From a virus (Duplodnaviria; Heunggongvirae; Uroviricota; Caudoviricetes), in the IMG/VR virus record IMGVR_UViG_2541047795_000004: DNA of 44,950 bases; one strand, given 5' to 3'. Of this stretch, positions 28,357 to 39,147 are shown piece by piece. A program made the position numbers and the translations under genes. How positions within the stretch are numbered: position 1 is the first letter of the stretch; each line of letters begins with the position of its first letter. Under the pieces are notes generated by a model. That model did not search any database. It was not told the origin of the DNA and worked only from the letters and a program-made list of their open reading frames with translations.

Positions 28357-29121
28357 ATGAAACTGAAAACGGTCGAGATTAACGGAAAACAATACGCAGA
28401 AATCGATACTGCTGGCCTGCCAGTTTATGTGCACGACGATGGTAAAGAAATCGGCTTCGATGCACCGCTGGCGATAAAAAAAATTACAGAGCTTAATGGC
28501 GAGGCAAAAAATCATCGCCTGGCTAAAGAAGCTGCAGAGGAAAAACTGGCTAAGTTTGCCGCTATCGAAGACCCGAAGAAGGCGATCGAGGCACTGGAAA
28601 TGCTGTCAAAAATCGACCAGAAAAAGCTGATCGATGCGGGACAGGTTGACCAGGTTAAGGCAGAAATTACGAAAAATTTTCAGCAGCAATTAGATGAAGA
28701 AAAGCAACGCTCTCAGATGCTGGAGACGCAGCTTTACGATTCTATGATTGGCGGTAGTTTTGCGGGTTCAAAATATATTGCCGATAAAATTGCGATCCCG
28801 GCAGATTTATTACAAGCCCGCTTCGGGCAGGCATTCAAAGTGGAAGAAGGGAAGATCGTTGCTTATGACGCTTCCGGCAACAAAATTTATTCCCGCGCGA
28901 AGCCTGGCGAACTGGCGCAGTTTGATGAGGCGCTGGAGTTCCTCGTCGAAAATTACCCTCAGAAAGACTACATCCTGAAAGCCAGTGGCAACAATGGCGG
29001 CGGCTCCCGTCCGACACAGCATGATGTTGGTCAGAAAACGATGAAACGCTCTGCTTTTGATGCACTGGATGTTGCAGGTAAGCAAAACGCATTGAAAGAC
29101 GGTATCACAATTGTTGATTAA
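28357..29121 (+). CDS. Putative scaffolding protein, 254 aa
   Basis: Helix-rich, charged protein directly upstream of the major capsid gene; start set at ATG 28357 downstream of the terminator. Confidence 0.5.
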   Translation: MKLKTVEINGKQYAEIDTAGLPVYVHDDGKEIGFDAPLAIKKITELNGEAKNHRLAKEAAEEKLAKFAAIEDPKKAIEALEMLSKIDQKKLIDAGQVDQVKAEITKNFQQQLDEEKQRSQMLETQLYDSMIGGSFAGSKYIADKIAIPADLLQARFGQAFKVEEGKIVAYDASGNKIYSRAKPGELAQFDEALEFLVENYPQKDYILKASGNNGGGSRPTQHDVGQKTMKRSAFDALDVAGKQNALKDGITIVD

Positions 29122-29219
29122 CACATTTGTCAGCTTCCGGATGGGAGCTGGTGTCAGGGCTGGATAGCTCATTACTCCATCTATTCACAATTACGCAAAT
29201 TTTTAAGGAATATTTAATT

Positions 29220-30359
29220 ATGGCTGGAAATACCCTGACCGGGTTGATCCCGACTATTTATACCGCCCTGGATATTGTATCCCGTGAGCAGGTAGGTTTT
29301 ATCCCTGCGGTAGCTAAAAACGCAAAAGCTGACGCCGCAGCAAAAGATCAGACGGTAACCGCGCCAGTTGCGCCTGAGGCGAAAACCGAAGATATCGTAC
29401 CGGGGCCGTCAGCTCCGAATACCGGTGATCAAAATATTGGCACTGTTGATGTGAAAATTACTAAATCCAAAATGGCACCGGTTAAATGGAATGGTGAAGA
29501 ACAACTGGCTCTTGGCCCTTCAGGGACTTACAACACCATTCTGGCTGATCAGTTCAAGCAGGCTTTTCGCGCCCTTGCAAACGAGGTTGAGGCTGATCTT
29601 GGTGCGTTGTATTTCGGTGCTTCCCGCGCCGTGGGAACCGCAGGGACAACGCCGTTTGGTGTTAAAGATGATCTTTCTGATGCTGCTCTGGCTCGTCAGG
29701 TTCTGGAGGATAACGGCGCACCGACAACCGATCTGCAGATGGTGCTTGGCTCCACTGCCATTGCTAATTTGCGCGGAAAACAGTCTGTACTGTTTAAAGT
29801 GAATGAATCCGGCACTGAACAGCTACTGCGTGAGGGCGTGTTGGGGCGTCTGGAGGGATTCAATATTCACAGTTCGGCAGGTGTAAAACGAGCGCCAAAG
29901 GTTGCTGCAACTGGTTATCTCGTGAATGGCGAGAAAAAAGAAGGCGATGTTCTTATTTCCATTGATACTGGTTCGGGGAGTATTTCTGCAGGTCAGATTG
30001 TTACGTTCGCTGGCGATCCGAATCAGTATGTTGTGGCAGCAGCGACCAGCAATCTGATTACTCTTGCAGCGCCCGGACTGCGTCAGGATCTGGCCGATGA
30101 TACTGCAATCACAGTTGTTGGCTCCTTTACTGCAAATATGGCGTTTGATCGCAACGCGTTTCTGCTGGCATCCCGTACTCCGGCAATGCCGGAAGGTGGC
30201 GATAATGCTGATGATGTAATGAATGTTACGGACCCGATTTCAGGGATTACGTTCCAGATTGCACTGTATCGTCAGTATCGCCAGGTGCGCTATGAAGTTG
30301 GACTGGCATGGGGTGTTTCATCAGTGAAGCCGGCACATGGTTGTCTGATTCTTGGTTAA
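29220..30359 (+). CDS. Major capsid protein, 379 aa
   Basis: Position between scaffold and head-tail genes; ATG at 29220 with an AAGGAA ribosome-binding site; strong terminator immediately downstream. Confidence 0.7.
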   Translation: MAGNTLTGLIPTIYTALDIVSREQVGFIPAVAKNAKADAAAKDQTVTAPVAPEAKTEDIVPGPSAPNTGDQNIGTVDVKITKSKMAPVKWNGEEQLALGPSGTYNTILADQFKQAFRALANEVEADLGALYFGASRAVGTAGTTPFGVKDDLSDAALARQVLEDNGAPTTDLQMVLGSTAIANLRGKQSVLFKVNESGTEQLLREGVLGRLEGFNIHSSAGVKRAPKVAATGYLVNGEKKEGDVLISIDTGSGSISAGQIVTFAGDPNQYVVAAATSNLITLAAPGLRQDLADDTAITVVGSFTANMAFDRNAFLLASRTPAMPEGGDNADDVMNVTDPISGITFQIALYRQYRQVRYEVGLAWGVSSVKPAHGCLILG

Positions 30360-30369
30360 ACATTCAAAC

Positions 30370-30390
30370 GGGGCTTCGGCCCCATTTTTA
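30370..30390 (+). terminator. Intrinsic terminator after the major capsid gene
   Basis: Hairpin GGGGC-TTCG-GCCCC followed by a T-rich run. Confidence 0.5.
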
Positions 30391-30401
30391 ATGGGGGGCA
30401 T

Positions 30402-30578
30402 ATGGCCGGATTAACTAAAGAGCAAAGAGCACAGCGTGAAGCCGCACAAAAAACGCAAATTGAGTTAGTGGTTATGGTGACCGATTATCAGATGTTTCCC
30501 GGCGCACCAACTATCGCTAATGTTCATCCTGATGAAGTTGACAACTGGAAGGCTATGGGCTGGAAAACTCAGGAGTAA
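30402..30578 (+). CDS. Small hypothetical protein, 58 aa (hand-translated)
   Basis: ORF MAGLTKEQRAQREAAQKTQIELVVMVTDYQMFPGAPTIANVHPDEVDNWKAMGWKTQE fills the gap between the capsid terminator and the next gene. Confidence 0.35.
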   Translation: MAGLTKEQRAQREAAQKTQIELVVMVTDYQMFPGAPTIANVHPDEVDNWKAMGWKTQE

Positions 30579-30581
30579 CAC

Positions 30582-30977
30582 ATGATCACTTACGTGACCT
30601 GTGATGACGTTGATAATGCGTTTGGGAACGCCTGGACGAGTGAGAACGCTAAAAATAAAGCTGTTTTAATGGCTAATGCCTGGCTTAATGGCTTCAACCT
30701 GAAAATTAACCCATCCCGTATTCCGGAAGAGGTAAAACTTGCGGGAGCATATGCAGCCAGAATTGCCTCATTCGGTAAGTTGTTTCAGCAGAAAAATGAT
30801 TCTGGCGTTGTTATCAGTAAAGCCGTGTCGGCTGACGGGGTCAGTGTATCGAAATCATTTTCTGAGTTGCCAGCAAACAGCACTGCATTGCTTGAACCCG
30901 ATTTACAGCTTGCGATAGCACTGCTGAAACCGTACGGACTTAGTCGCTCACAAGTCAGGGTTGTGAGGGGGGGATAA
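30582..30977 (+). CDS. Head-tail connector / head completion protein (hypothetical)
   Basis: Position and size in the head-tail joining block; tightly packed with neighbours. Confidence 0.45.
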   Translation: MITYVTCDDVDNAFGNAWTSENAKNKAVLMANAWLNGFNLKINPSRIPEEVKLAGAYAARIASFGKLFQQKNDSGVVISKAVSADGVSVSKSFSELPANSTALLEPDLQLAIALLKPYGLSRSQVRVVRGG

Positions 30978-31360
30978 TGGGGCTTCGTGAAGAGATTCAG
31001 TCAGAGGTTGCCGCTGCTTTTGATGAGGATTTAGCGGACGCCGTGAGTGATTTTTCTGGTTCTTACGTTACGCACCGGCACTGGGATCCTGTGACGGAAA
31101 CTGGCGGCGAATCCACCGAAATCTATACCGGGCGAGGCGTGTTGACACGTTATAAGCTGGGCAGAATTGATGGGATTAATATTTTGCATGGTGACCTTAA
31201 ATTAACCGCTCTGGTATGCGAGGTTACGGATAAACCAGCTGTCGACCATATTATTGAGATTTATGATCCTGTATCAAGGCAGTTACAACGATACGAGGTA
31301 ATTACAGCAAGTGTAGATCCTTCCGCATCAGTTTACTCTATCCAGTTAAGGAGAGCGTAA
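30977..31360 (+). CDS. Head-tail joining protein (hypothetical)
   Basis: Position and size; ATGA overlap with the previous gene. Confidence 0.45.
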   Translation: MGLREEIQSEVAAAFDEDLADAVSDFSGSYVTHRHWDPVTETGGESTEIYTGRGVLTRYKLGRIDGINILHGDLKLTALVCEVTDKPAVDHIIEIYDPVSRQLQRYEVITASVDPSASVYSIQLRRA

Positions 31361-31741
31361 ATGGCAAAGGCATGGGATATAGAACCGTCAATATTTGCCG
31401 GGATGATTGAGGAAGATGTAGGGCTGAAGATTCGCTACATCGCTATTCAGATTCTTACTGCTATTGATATTGCTGCTCCGGTTGATACCGGACGTTTCAG
31501 AAATAACAACCTGGTGTCGTTACAGCATCCCGATTTTGGTATATCTGATAACGTGGATCCGAACGGTACGATTGCTGTTCAGCGTGGGATCGGGGTTATT
31601 TCGAAAGCTGCAAATTACGGAGTTATTTATATCCAGAATAACCTTCCTTATGCAGAGGCTCTTGAAAACGGTCATTCACAACAAGCGCCAACTGGCGTGT
31701 ATGCCAACGCTTTTCATGGTGTTTTACAGGCTTACAAATGA
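31361..31741 (+). CDS. Neck/tail completion protein (HK97 gp10-like, tentative)
   Basis: Position and size. Confidence 0.45.
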   Translation: MAKAWDIEPSIFAGMIEEDVGLKIRYIAIQILTAIDIAAPVDTGRFRNNNLVSLQHPDFGISDNVDPNGTIAVQRGIGVISKAANYGVIYIQNNLPYAEALENGHSQQAPTGVYANAFHGVLQAYK

Positions 31742-32130
31742 CGTTTACTGAAATCAGAAATACGGTTATTTCCAGAATGACGGCACAGACGATTATTGAT
31801 GGAAAAGACGTATTGTATCCGAACGCGCCAACGTTCGATCCTTCCGGTAAGTTAATCTGGGCGCGGTTAAGTAATATTCCCGGGCAGGCTGGAGTTAATG
31901 AAATTGGCGCGGGGCCGATTGTTTATCGCACGGGGATAATCATTATTCAGTTATTTGTCCCCGCAGGTTCTGGTTCAAAACTCATTACTGAGACAGCCGA
32001 TAAATTGCGGGAACTGTTTGAGTTTCAGGATGACGATCGTCTCAGTTACCAGGCTGTTTCCTCAATAGCCGTTGGCGAAAAGAATGGCTGGTTCCAGCTT
32101 AATCTTCAAATTCCATATCGCGCGCTCTAG
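31738..32130 (+). CDS. Tail terminator-like protein (tentative)
   Basis: Position immediately upstream of the major tail protein gene. Confidence 0.45.
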   Translation: MTFTEIRNTVISRMTAQTIIDGKDVLYPNAPTFDPSGKLIWARLSNIPGQAGVNEIGAGPIVYRTGIIIIQLFVPAGSGSKLITETADKLRELFEFQDDDRLSYQAVSSIAVGEKNGWFQLNLQIPYRAL

Positions 32131-32156
32131 CGCAATTAATGACATAGGAGGCTCCT

Positions 32157-33119
32157 GTGAGTTCAGGTGCAAAGGTTATCTCGGCATTTATCCGGGAGAC
32201 GGTTGCAGGCACTACGCCAGCAAGTGGTGACTGGAGTTTATTAAAACGCACAAGCTGGGGAGTAAAACCCACCCAGAATAAAGGCGAAAATAATGAGATT
32301 GGTGGCTCCCGGATGGCTCAGGGGGCGACGCCTGGCACTGTGGATGTCGGCGGTGATGTTGGTACCAAATTTCGCTGGGGTCAACATGATGATTTTCTTG
32401 CATCCTGTTTCGGCGCGGAATGGTCAGGCGATTCTCTGACAATGGGGAATGAGCGAATAACATTTTCTCTGGCGACCTATGCGTCCGATGTCGGAATTGC
32501 CTCTGTCGTCAGAGGAGCGCAGGTTGGCTCATGGAAAATGCAGATCCCTAACGACGGCGATATTACAGCGACCGTAACCTTTGCCGGACTGGACTGGGAA
32601 TCAAAGGCCGATGATACGAATTTTATCAAAGGCGAACCTGTGGATAGTGCAGGAAAGCTACGTTATTCGTTTAAGGAGGTTTCAGCAGTAAGCCTGAATG
32701 GTGTTGCCGGAGGTAACGGTTTTTGTATCGACAGTTTTGATATTCAGTTCGATAACAAACTCCAGACACAGCGTTGTATCGGGACTGGCTCGCCTTATGC
32801 AGGAGCAAATATTCCGACTACTTTTACACCGTCCGGTACGGTGACGCTTTCATGGTCTAAAGCCGCGTGGGAAATCTGGAGTAAAACACTGACTGGAGAA
32901 ACAGTTCCGTTCAGCTTCACGCTTTCGAATGGAGAGGGGGCATACACTTTCAGTTTCCCGAAGGTTCAGGTGTCAGGTGAATGGCCTGATGGGGGTAATA
33001 GCGACATTATCCAGGTTCAATTGAGCATTACCGCAGCAGATGAAGCACCTACGATAACCAGAAAAAAAAATTCCCCGGCTGCCGTGATCGCAAAAGCCAG
33101 TGCTGAGGCGATTAGTTGA
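32157..33119 (+). CDS. Major tail (tube) protein with a C-terminal Ig-like region; GTG start
   Basis: AGGAGG Shine-Dalgarno before the GTG at 32157; precedes the chaperone gene pair; A9 tract near the 3' end (33062-33070). Confidence 0.7.
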   Translation: MSSGAKVISAFIRETVAGTTPASGDWSLLKRTSWGVKPTQNKGENNEIGGSRMAQGATPGTVDVGGDVGTKFRWGQHDDFLASCFGAEWSGDSLTMGNERITFSLATYASDVGIASVVRGAQVGSWKMQIPNDGDITATVTFAGLDWESKADDTNFIKGEPVDSAGKLRYSFKEVSAVSLNGVAGGNGFCIDSFDIQFDNKLQTQRCIGTGSPYAGANIPTTFTPSGTVTLSWSKAAWEIWSKTLTGETVPFSFTLSNGEGAYTFSFPKVQVSGEWPDGGNSDIIQVQLSITAADEAPTITRKKNSPAAVIAKASAEAIS

Positions 33120-33167
33120 TTTTCCGTTATTCCTCCTGTGGTACTGCCCTACAGGGGGACGCATTGA

Positions 33168-33629
33168 ATGAGGTTATGGATGTTTATTCTTAATCAGAAA
33201 ATTATCATTGGTGGAGAACGCTGGTTTACGCCAATGAAGGACTTAAAACCTGTAGACGGGTTAAAACTGTTGGTGGCAAGCAGCGATAACGATCAGTATC
33301 GCTCCCGTAATGCATTAATCCGTCGCCACATTGAGAAAATGGATGCCAGTTTGCACGTCGGAACGAAGGAGTTTGATATTTCAAAGGTTTCCGAGGTGGA
33401 TTCTGTTGATGATTTACTCATTGATAATGCCGCTCGTTATCTGCTGAAAGACTGGAAAGGGGTTGGTGAACTGGTTAATGGTGTTGAGGTTGCACTGGAA
33501 TATACGGCAGAACGAGGGATCGCGCTGCTTAAGCAGAATCCAGAGTTGTACTGGCAGATCCTTGCAGAAGCAGCCAGCATCGCCCAGGGTAAAGAGCAGC
33601 AGAAGCAGGATACGATAAAAAAGCCATAG
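33168..33629 (+). CDS. Tail assembly chaperone (lambda G analogue)
   Basis: Position between the major tail and tape-measure genes; ends TIKKP* directly over the slippery heptamer. Confidence 0.65.
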   Translation: MRLWMFILNQKIIIGGERWFTPMKDLKPVDGLKLLVASSDNDQYRSRNALIRRHIEKMDASLHVGTKEFDISKVSEVDSVDDLLIDNAARYLLKDWKGVGELVNGVEVALEYTAERGIALLKQNPELYWQILAEAASIAQGKEQQKQDTIKKP

Positions 33630-33937
33630 CTGCCCAGCGGTGGTTATCGGAGTTCGGGGGAGAAAGGGGGGAAAAGGCAAGATGGAAGCGAGAAAAACTC
33701 AGGTTGCCACCGATACCGGAACCAGAAATAGACCCGGTGCTTAAGGAGTTGTTGTACGCCTATTCGGTAATATCCCGTGCCCGACGTTATGCTGGAATGG
33801 CTGGGGTGCCTTTGCCTTTATCTCTGACAGAGATAAATGAATATTTAGCCACTCATCCGGTATTGATTGAGCGCGATGAATTTGAAGCAGTGATCTTTGC
33901 ACTGGATGACCAGTATTTTCAGGAGCAGTGTGTGTAG
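33168..33937 (+). CDS. Tail assembly chaperone fusion (lambda GT analogue) via -1 programmed frameshift at A_AAA_AAG (33617-33623)
   Basis: The -1 frame is open from 33620 to 33937 with no ATG of its own (ORF-track entry starts at a TTG at 33704). Confidence 0.55.
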
Positions 33938-34058
33938 TTGTTAATTACGTACACTCTGTTACAGAGATGTGATGGTGTCTTTAATTAAATCGATGATGCT
34001 CCTGGAGAAAAGCATTGCGTGGCCTCGTAATCGCTATATCTACTATTATGTCGCCTGA

Positions 34059-34084
34059 AACCCACTTCGCGGTGGGTTTTTTGT
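34059..34084 (+). terminator. Hairpin with T-run between the chaperone and tape-measure genes (possible attenuator)
   Basis: AACCCAC-TTCGCG-GTGGGTT followed by T6. Confidence 0.4.
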
Positions 34085-35420
34085 TGTCAGGAGTTTTAAT
34101 AAATGGCAGAGCAAACCTCGCGTCTCGCAATAATTATTGATAGCACTGGAGCGAAAAATAATGCTGACAATCTGACCTCCTCATTAGTCAAAATGACGCA
34201 GGCTGGGGAAACTGCTGCAAATAGCGCAGGGAAAGTGACTAAGGCAACAGAAGATGAGAAGAACGCGCTCGCAAAATTAAAAGTAGCTATTGATCCAGTT
34301 GGTGCCGCAATTGATACTGTCGGTCGACGCTATTCTGAATTAAAGAAATTTTTCGATAAAGGGCTTATTGATAAAGAAGAATATGAATTTCTTGTCCGTA
34401 AACTTAATGAAACCACAGAGGAATTGAGCGGGGTTGCGCAAGCGCAGAGAGAAGCCGAGAAGGCCGGAAAACTTGCTGCCGCCCAGCAGGAAGCGCAGGC
34501 TCAGGCCTTTCAAAGAATGCTGGACAAGATCGACCCTCTGGCTGCGGCGCTAAGAAATCTTGAACAACAGCATGATGAACTTAATGCTGCGTTTGCATCC
34601 GGGAAAATAAATGGTTCTCAGTTTGAGAATTATAGCCGAAAAATACAGGAAACACGGCGAGAGCTTACCGGAGAGGCTCAGGCAGAGCGAGAAGCAGCAA
34701 AAGCGCATGATGAACAGGTTGTTGCTTTGCAACGTCTGATTGCTCAACTTGATCCTGTCGGAACTGCTTTTAATCGTCTGGTAGAACAACAGAAACAGCT
34801 CAATGAAGCAAAAGCTAAGGGGATGCTTTCTCCTGAAATGTATGAGGAGCTTTCTGGAAAACTTCGTGCTATGCGGAGTGAGCTTGAGGTTACTCAATCA
34901 CAATTAAGCAAAACCGGAATGTCGGCAAAACAAACGGCTTTTGCTATGCGCATGTTGCCTGCACAAATGACGGATATTGTTGTTGGGTTGTCCACTGGTC
35001 AGTCGCCATTTATGGTGTTAATGCAGCAGGGCGGCCAGCTAAAAGATATGTTCGGTGGGATTGGCCCGGCGATCAAAGGTGTAGGTTCTTATGTGCTGGG
35101 ATTAGTTAATCCTTTTACCCTAGCCGCAGCAGCCGTTGGGGTCTTAGGACTGGCTTACTATAAAGGCTCTCAGGAGCAGGACGAATTTAATAAATCTCTT
35201 ATTCTTACCGGAAATCAGTTGGGGACAACCAGCGGGCAATTGGGCGATATAGCTCAACGTGCCGGGAATGCGGCTGATTCGACAACTGGTGCTGCGGCGG
35301 CAGTATTAAATCAGCTTGTGCGTTCGGGAAAGGTAGCGAGCAGTTCGCTGGAGCAAGTGACGACAGCGATAGTAAAAACGAGCGAAGTAACAGGAATATC
35401 AACCGGGTAATGACTCCAAC

Positions 35421-35924
35421 TTATTGATAGTGTTTTATGTTCAGATAATGCCCGATGACTTTGTCATGCAGCTCCACCGATTTTGAGAACGACAGCGACT
35501 TCCGTCCCAGCCGTGCCAGGTGCTGCCTCAGATTCAGGTTATGCCGCTCAATTCGCTGCGTATATCGCTTGCTGATTACGTGCAGCTTTCCCTTCAGGCG
35601 GGATTCATACAGCGGCCAGCCATCCGTCATCCATATCACCACGTCAAAGGGTGACAGCAGGCTCATAAGACGCCCCAGCGTCGCCATAGTGCGTTCACCG
35701 AATACGTGCGCAACAACCGTCTTCCGGAGACTGTCATACGCGTAAAACAGCCAGCGCTGGCGCGATTTAGCCCCGACATAGCCCCACTGTTCGTCCATTT
35801 CCGCGCAGACGATGACGTCACTGCCCGGCTGTATGCGCGAGGTTACCGACTGCGGCCTGAGTTTTTTAAGTGACGTAAAATCGTGTTGAGGCCAACGCCC
35901 ATAATGCGGGCAGTTACCCGGCAT
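35421..35924 (-). CDS. insB: IS1 transposase InsB
   Basis: 167-aa ORF matching IS1 InsB as recalled. Confidence 0.9.
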   Translation of the reverse strand: MPGNCPHYGRWPQHDFTSLKKLRPQSVTSRIQPGSDVIVCAEMDEQWGYVGAKSRQRWLFYAYDSLRKTVVAHVFGERTMATLGRLMSLLSPFDVVIWMTDGWPLYESRLKGKLHVISKRYTQRIERHNLNLRQHLARLGRKSLSFSKSVELHDKVIGHYLNIKHYQ

Positions 35925-36118
35925 CCAACGCCATTCATGGCCATATCAATGATTTTCTGGTGCGTACCGGGTTGAGAAGCGGTGTAAGTGAACTGCAGTT
36001 GCCATGTTTTACGGCAGTGAGAGCAGAGATAGCGCTGATGTCCGGCGGTGCTTTTGCCGTTACGCACCACCCCGTCAGTAGCTGAACAGGAGGGACAGCT
36101 GATAGAAACAGAAGCCAC
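35843..36118 (-). CDS. insA: IS1 InsA
   Basis: 91-aa [46 protein letters not shown] with zinc-finger Cys pairs. Confidence 0.9.
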   Translation of the reverse strand: MASVSISCPSCSATDGVVRNGKSTAGHQRYLCSHCRKTWQLQFTYTASQPGTHQKIIDMAMNGVGCRVTARIMGVGLNTILRHLKNSGRSR

Positions 36119-38105
36119 TGGAGCACCTCAAAAACACCATCATACACTAAATCAGTAAGTTGGCAGCATCACCGATCAACCGAACAACTGGTTAATGACT
36201 TCAATGAAATTGCAAAGGATCCTGTCAGTGCCATATCAAAACTTAATGATCAGTACCATTTTCTGACACTTGCGACTTATAACCAGATTAAGGCGCTACA
36301 GGATGAAGGGAACCAGCAGGAGGCCGCCCGCATTGCGACAGAAGAATACTCATCCTCAATGATCCAGCGCACCAACCAGATTAAAGAAAATCTTGGTTAT
36401 CTTGAGACTGCATGGAAAGCTGTCGCAGACTCCGCAAAATGGGCATGGGATTCCATGCTGGATATTGGCCGTGAGACCTCCCTTGATCAAAAAATCTCAG
36501 ATGTTCTCCGTCAAATTGATGAAATAGAAAAAAATACCCGACCCGGAGTTTTCGGGTTAGGTGGCATTGGAGATGGCGGAGCTCAAAATAAAAGGCTGGC
36601 ACGATTAAAGCAGCAATTGGGCGTACTTCAAGCAGAAAAAATTGCTCAGGACGTACTAAATTCATCAATAAACGATTACAACAAGCGACAACAGGAAGGA
36701 ATTGAACTCAGACAGAGAGCAGATGCCTTTTCAAAACAATATCAGACCCGGGAGCAGCAGAGAGCTAGTGAACTTGCAAAACTGGAAAAGCTAAAGAATC
36801 AGTATTCAAAGGAAGAATATAATAATCTTATCGCTCAAATAAATGAGCGTTATAAAGATCCAAAGCAACCAAAGGCGAAAGGTTATTCTGATGATGCAGC
36901 CCAACGAATGATTGATCATCTGAATCAACAGAATGCGTTACTAAGTTCACAAGCTGAGTTGACCGTTAAATTAAGTTCCTCTGAACAGGAACTGGTTAAG
37001 TGGCGTCAGCGGATTGCCGACCTAGAGTCACGACCATCAACGAAATTAACCCAGGATCAGAAATCGCTTCTCTTACACCGGGAAGAAATAACCGCGTTGA
37101 TGGAGAAAAATGTTGCGATTGAAAAAAATAACAGGCTAATCAAGGAATCCGCCGAAATAACAGCATGGCGTGATTCATTGCAGGCTTCGATTGATAATCG
37201 TCAGCAGGGGTATGATATTCAGATTGCTGGTTATGGGGTTGGCGATAAAAATCAGCAACGCCAGCAGGAATTACTGCGGATTGAACATGGATATAACAAT
37301 CAGCGTCTGCAACTTGAACGTGACTATGCAGATAAATCCCGTGGAATGTCAGATCATGTTTTTCAAGAGAAAATGCAGGCTCTGAATGATGCTCTGGAAC
37401 GGGAAAAAGAAATTGTCAGACAGAAAAACGAGCAGCTCGATATTCAGGCAGGAGACTGGGTTAGTGGTGCCTCCCAGGGATTCAATAACTGGCTGGATGA
37501 CACTAAGGATATCAGTGAGCAGATAAAATCAACCACGACTCAGATGTTTGATGGGATGACCGATGCGCTGGGTGATTTTGTCACGACAGGCAAGGCAAAT
37601 TTTCGTTCTTTCGCTACTTCCGTGATTTCGGATCTTAGTCGAATAGCATTAAAGGCTTCAATTACTGGGATTTTCGACAGCATTAGTAACAGTTCTTCTG
37701 GGGGGATTTTAGGAACTATCGGGAGTGCTATTAGTAAATTTATTCCGAATGCAAAGGGCGGTGTTTATGAGTCTCCGTCATTGAGCACGTATTCGAACGG
37801 TATTTATGATTCCCCGCAATTTTTTGCTTTTGCAAAAGGGGCTGGTGTTTTTGGTGAGGCTGGACCGGAAGCTATTATGCCATTAACACGAACTTCCGAT
37901 GGTTCTCTTGGTGTCAGAGCTATTAATAGTAAAAGTGGTAATGGAGGCGGAGATATTACCTATGCCCCTGTATACCAAATCACTATTCAAAATGACGGCC
38001 AGAATGGAGAGATTGGCCCTCAGGCAATAAAAGCACTTATGGGGATGGTTGATCAGCGGGTGCAGGGCAATCTGTTAAATATGCGACGTGATGGGGGAAT
38101 GTTAA

Positions 38106-38444
38106 GTGGCTAATACGGAAGAATTTCACTGGTTACCAGAGGATGGAATGAAAACAGAAAATAAACCATCGATAAAAACTGTAAGATTTGGTGATGGTTA
38201 TGAGCAACGAAGTCCAAATGGACTTAATCATTCTCTGCGCGTTTTCACCTGTGATTTCAAAGTTGAGGCGAATGAACGTGATTCATTTGAAAAATTTTTA
38301 GCCCGGCATGAAGGCTATAAATCTTTTTTTTGGCGCCCGCCGGGTATTAACAGAAAAATCAGAGTGGTGTGTCGAACGTGGTCAGCGACAGAACATATCA
38401 CCTATACCGATTTTTCGTGTCAGTTTGACGAAGTGGTGATCTGA
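38106..38444 (+). CDS. Minor tail protein M (lambda gpM-like); GTG start
   Basis: 112-aa ORF after the tape-measure gene, overlapping its stop; lambda tail gene order. Confidence 0.8.
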   Translation: MANTEEFHWLPEDGMKTENKPSIKTVRFGDGYEQRSPNGLNHSLRVFTCDFKVEANERDSFEKFLARHEGYKSFFWRPPGINRKIRVVCRTWSATEHITYTDFSCQFDEVVI

Positions 38445-39142
38445 TGCAGGACATACGACAGGAAACACTGAATGAATGCATCCGTGTGGAGCAGACGGCC
38501 AGCGTGGTGCTCTGGGAAATTGATCTGACAGAGGTCGGTGGGGAGCGTTACTTTTTCTGCAATGAGCAGAATGAAAAAGGTGAACCGGTTACCTGGCAGG
38601 GGCGAAAGTATCAGGCGTACCCCATTCAGGGAAGCGGCTTTGAGATGAACGGTAAGGGCAGCAGCGCACGTCCCACACTTAAGGTATCTAACCTGTATGG
38701 CATGGTCACCGGGATGGCCGAAGACCTGCAGAGTCTGGTCGGCGGAACGGTGGTCAGGCGTAAGGTTTATGCCCGTTTTCTGGATGCGGTGAACTTCATC
38801 AACGGAAACAGCGAAGCCGATCCGGAGCAGGAGGTGATCAGCCGCTGGCGCATCGAGCAGTGCAGCGAACTGAGCGCGGTCAGTGCCTCCTTTGTACTGT
38901 CCACGCCGACGGAAACGGACGGCGCTGTTTTTCCGGGGCGCATCATGCTGGCCAACACCTGCACCTGGACCTATCGCGGTGATGAGTGCGGTTATCACGG
39001 TCCGGCGGTCGCGGATGAATATGACCAGCCGACATCCGAAATCACGAAGGATAAATGCAGCAAATGCCTGAGTGGCTGTAAGTTCCGCAATAATGTCGGC
39101 AACTTTGGCGGCTTCCTTTCCATTAACAAACTTTCGCAGTAA
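38444..39142 (+). CDS. Minor tail protein L (lambda gpL-like)
   Basis: 232-aa ORF with C-terminal Cys cluster (CSKCLSGCKF); lambda gene order. Confidence 0.85.
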   Translation: MQDIRQETLNECIRVEQTASVVLWEIDLTEVGGERYFFCNEQNEKGEPVTWQGRKYQAYPIQGSGFEMNGKGSSARPTLKVSNLYGMVTGMAEDLQSLVGGTVVRRKVYARFLDAVNFINGNSEADPEQEVISRWRIEQCSELSAVSASFVLSTPTETDGAVFPGRIMLANTCTWTYRGDECGYHGPAVADEYDQPTSEITKDKCSKCLSGCKFRNNVGNFGGFLSINKLSQ

Positions 39143-39147
39143 ATCCC

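Larger units (their letters stand above)
35406..36173 (-). mobile_element. IS1: IS1 insertion sequence, 768 bp
   Basis: Both terminal inverted repeats (GGTAATGACTCC... and ...GGCAGCATCACC); flanking 9-bp target-site duplication TATCAACCG / GATCAACCG (8/9 identical). Confidence 0.95.
34103..38113 (+). pseudogene. Tail tape-measure protein gene disrupted by an IS1 insertion
   Basis: N-terminal part (34103-35405) and C-terminal part (36174-38113) are in the same frame once IS1 and one target-site copy are removed (777 bp = 259 codons); coiled-coil-rich. Confidence 0.85.
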
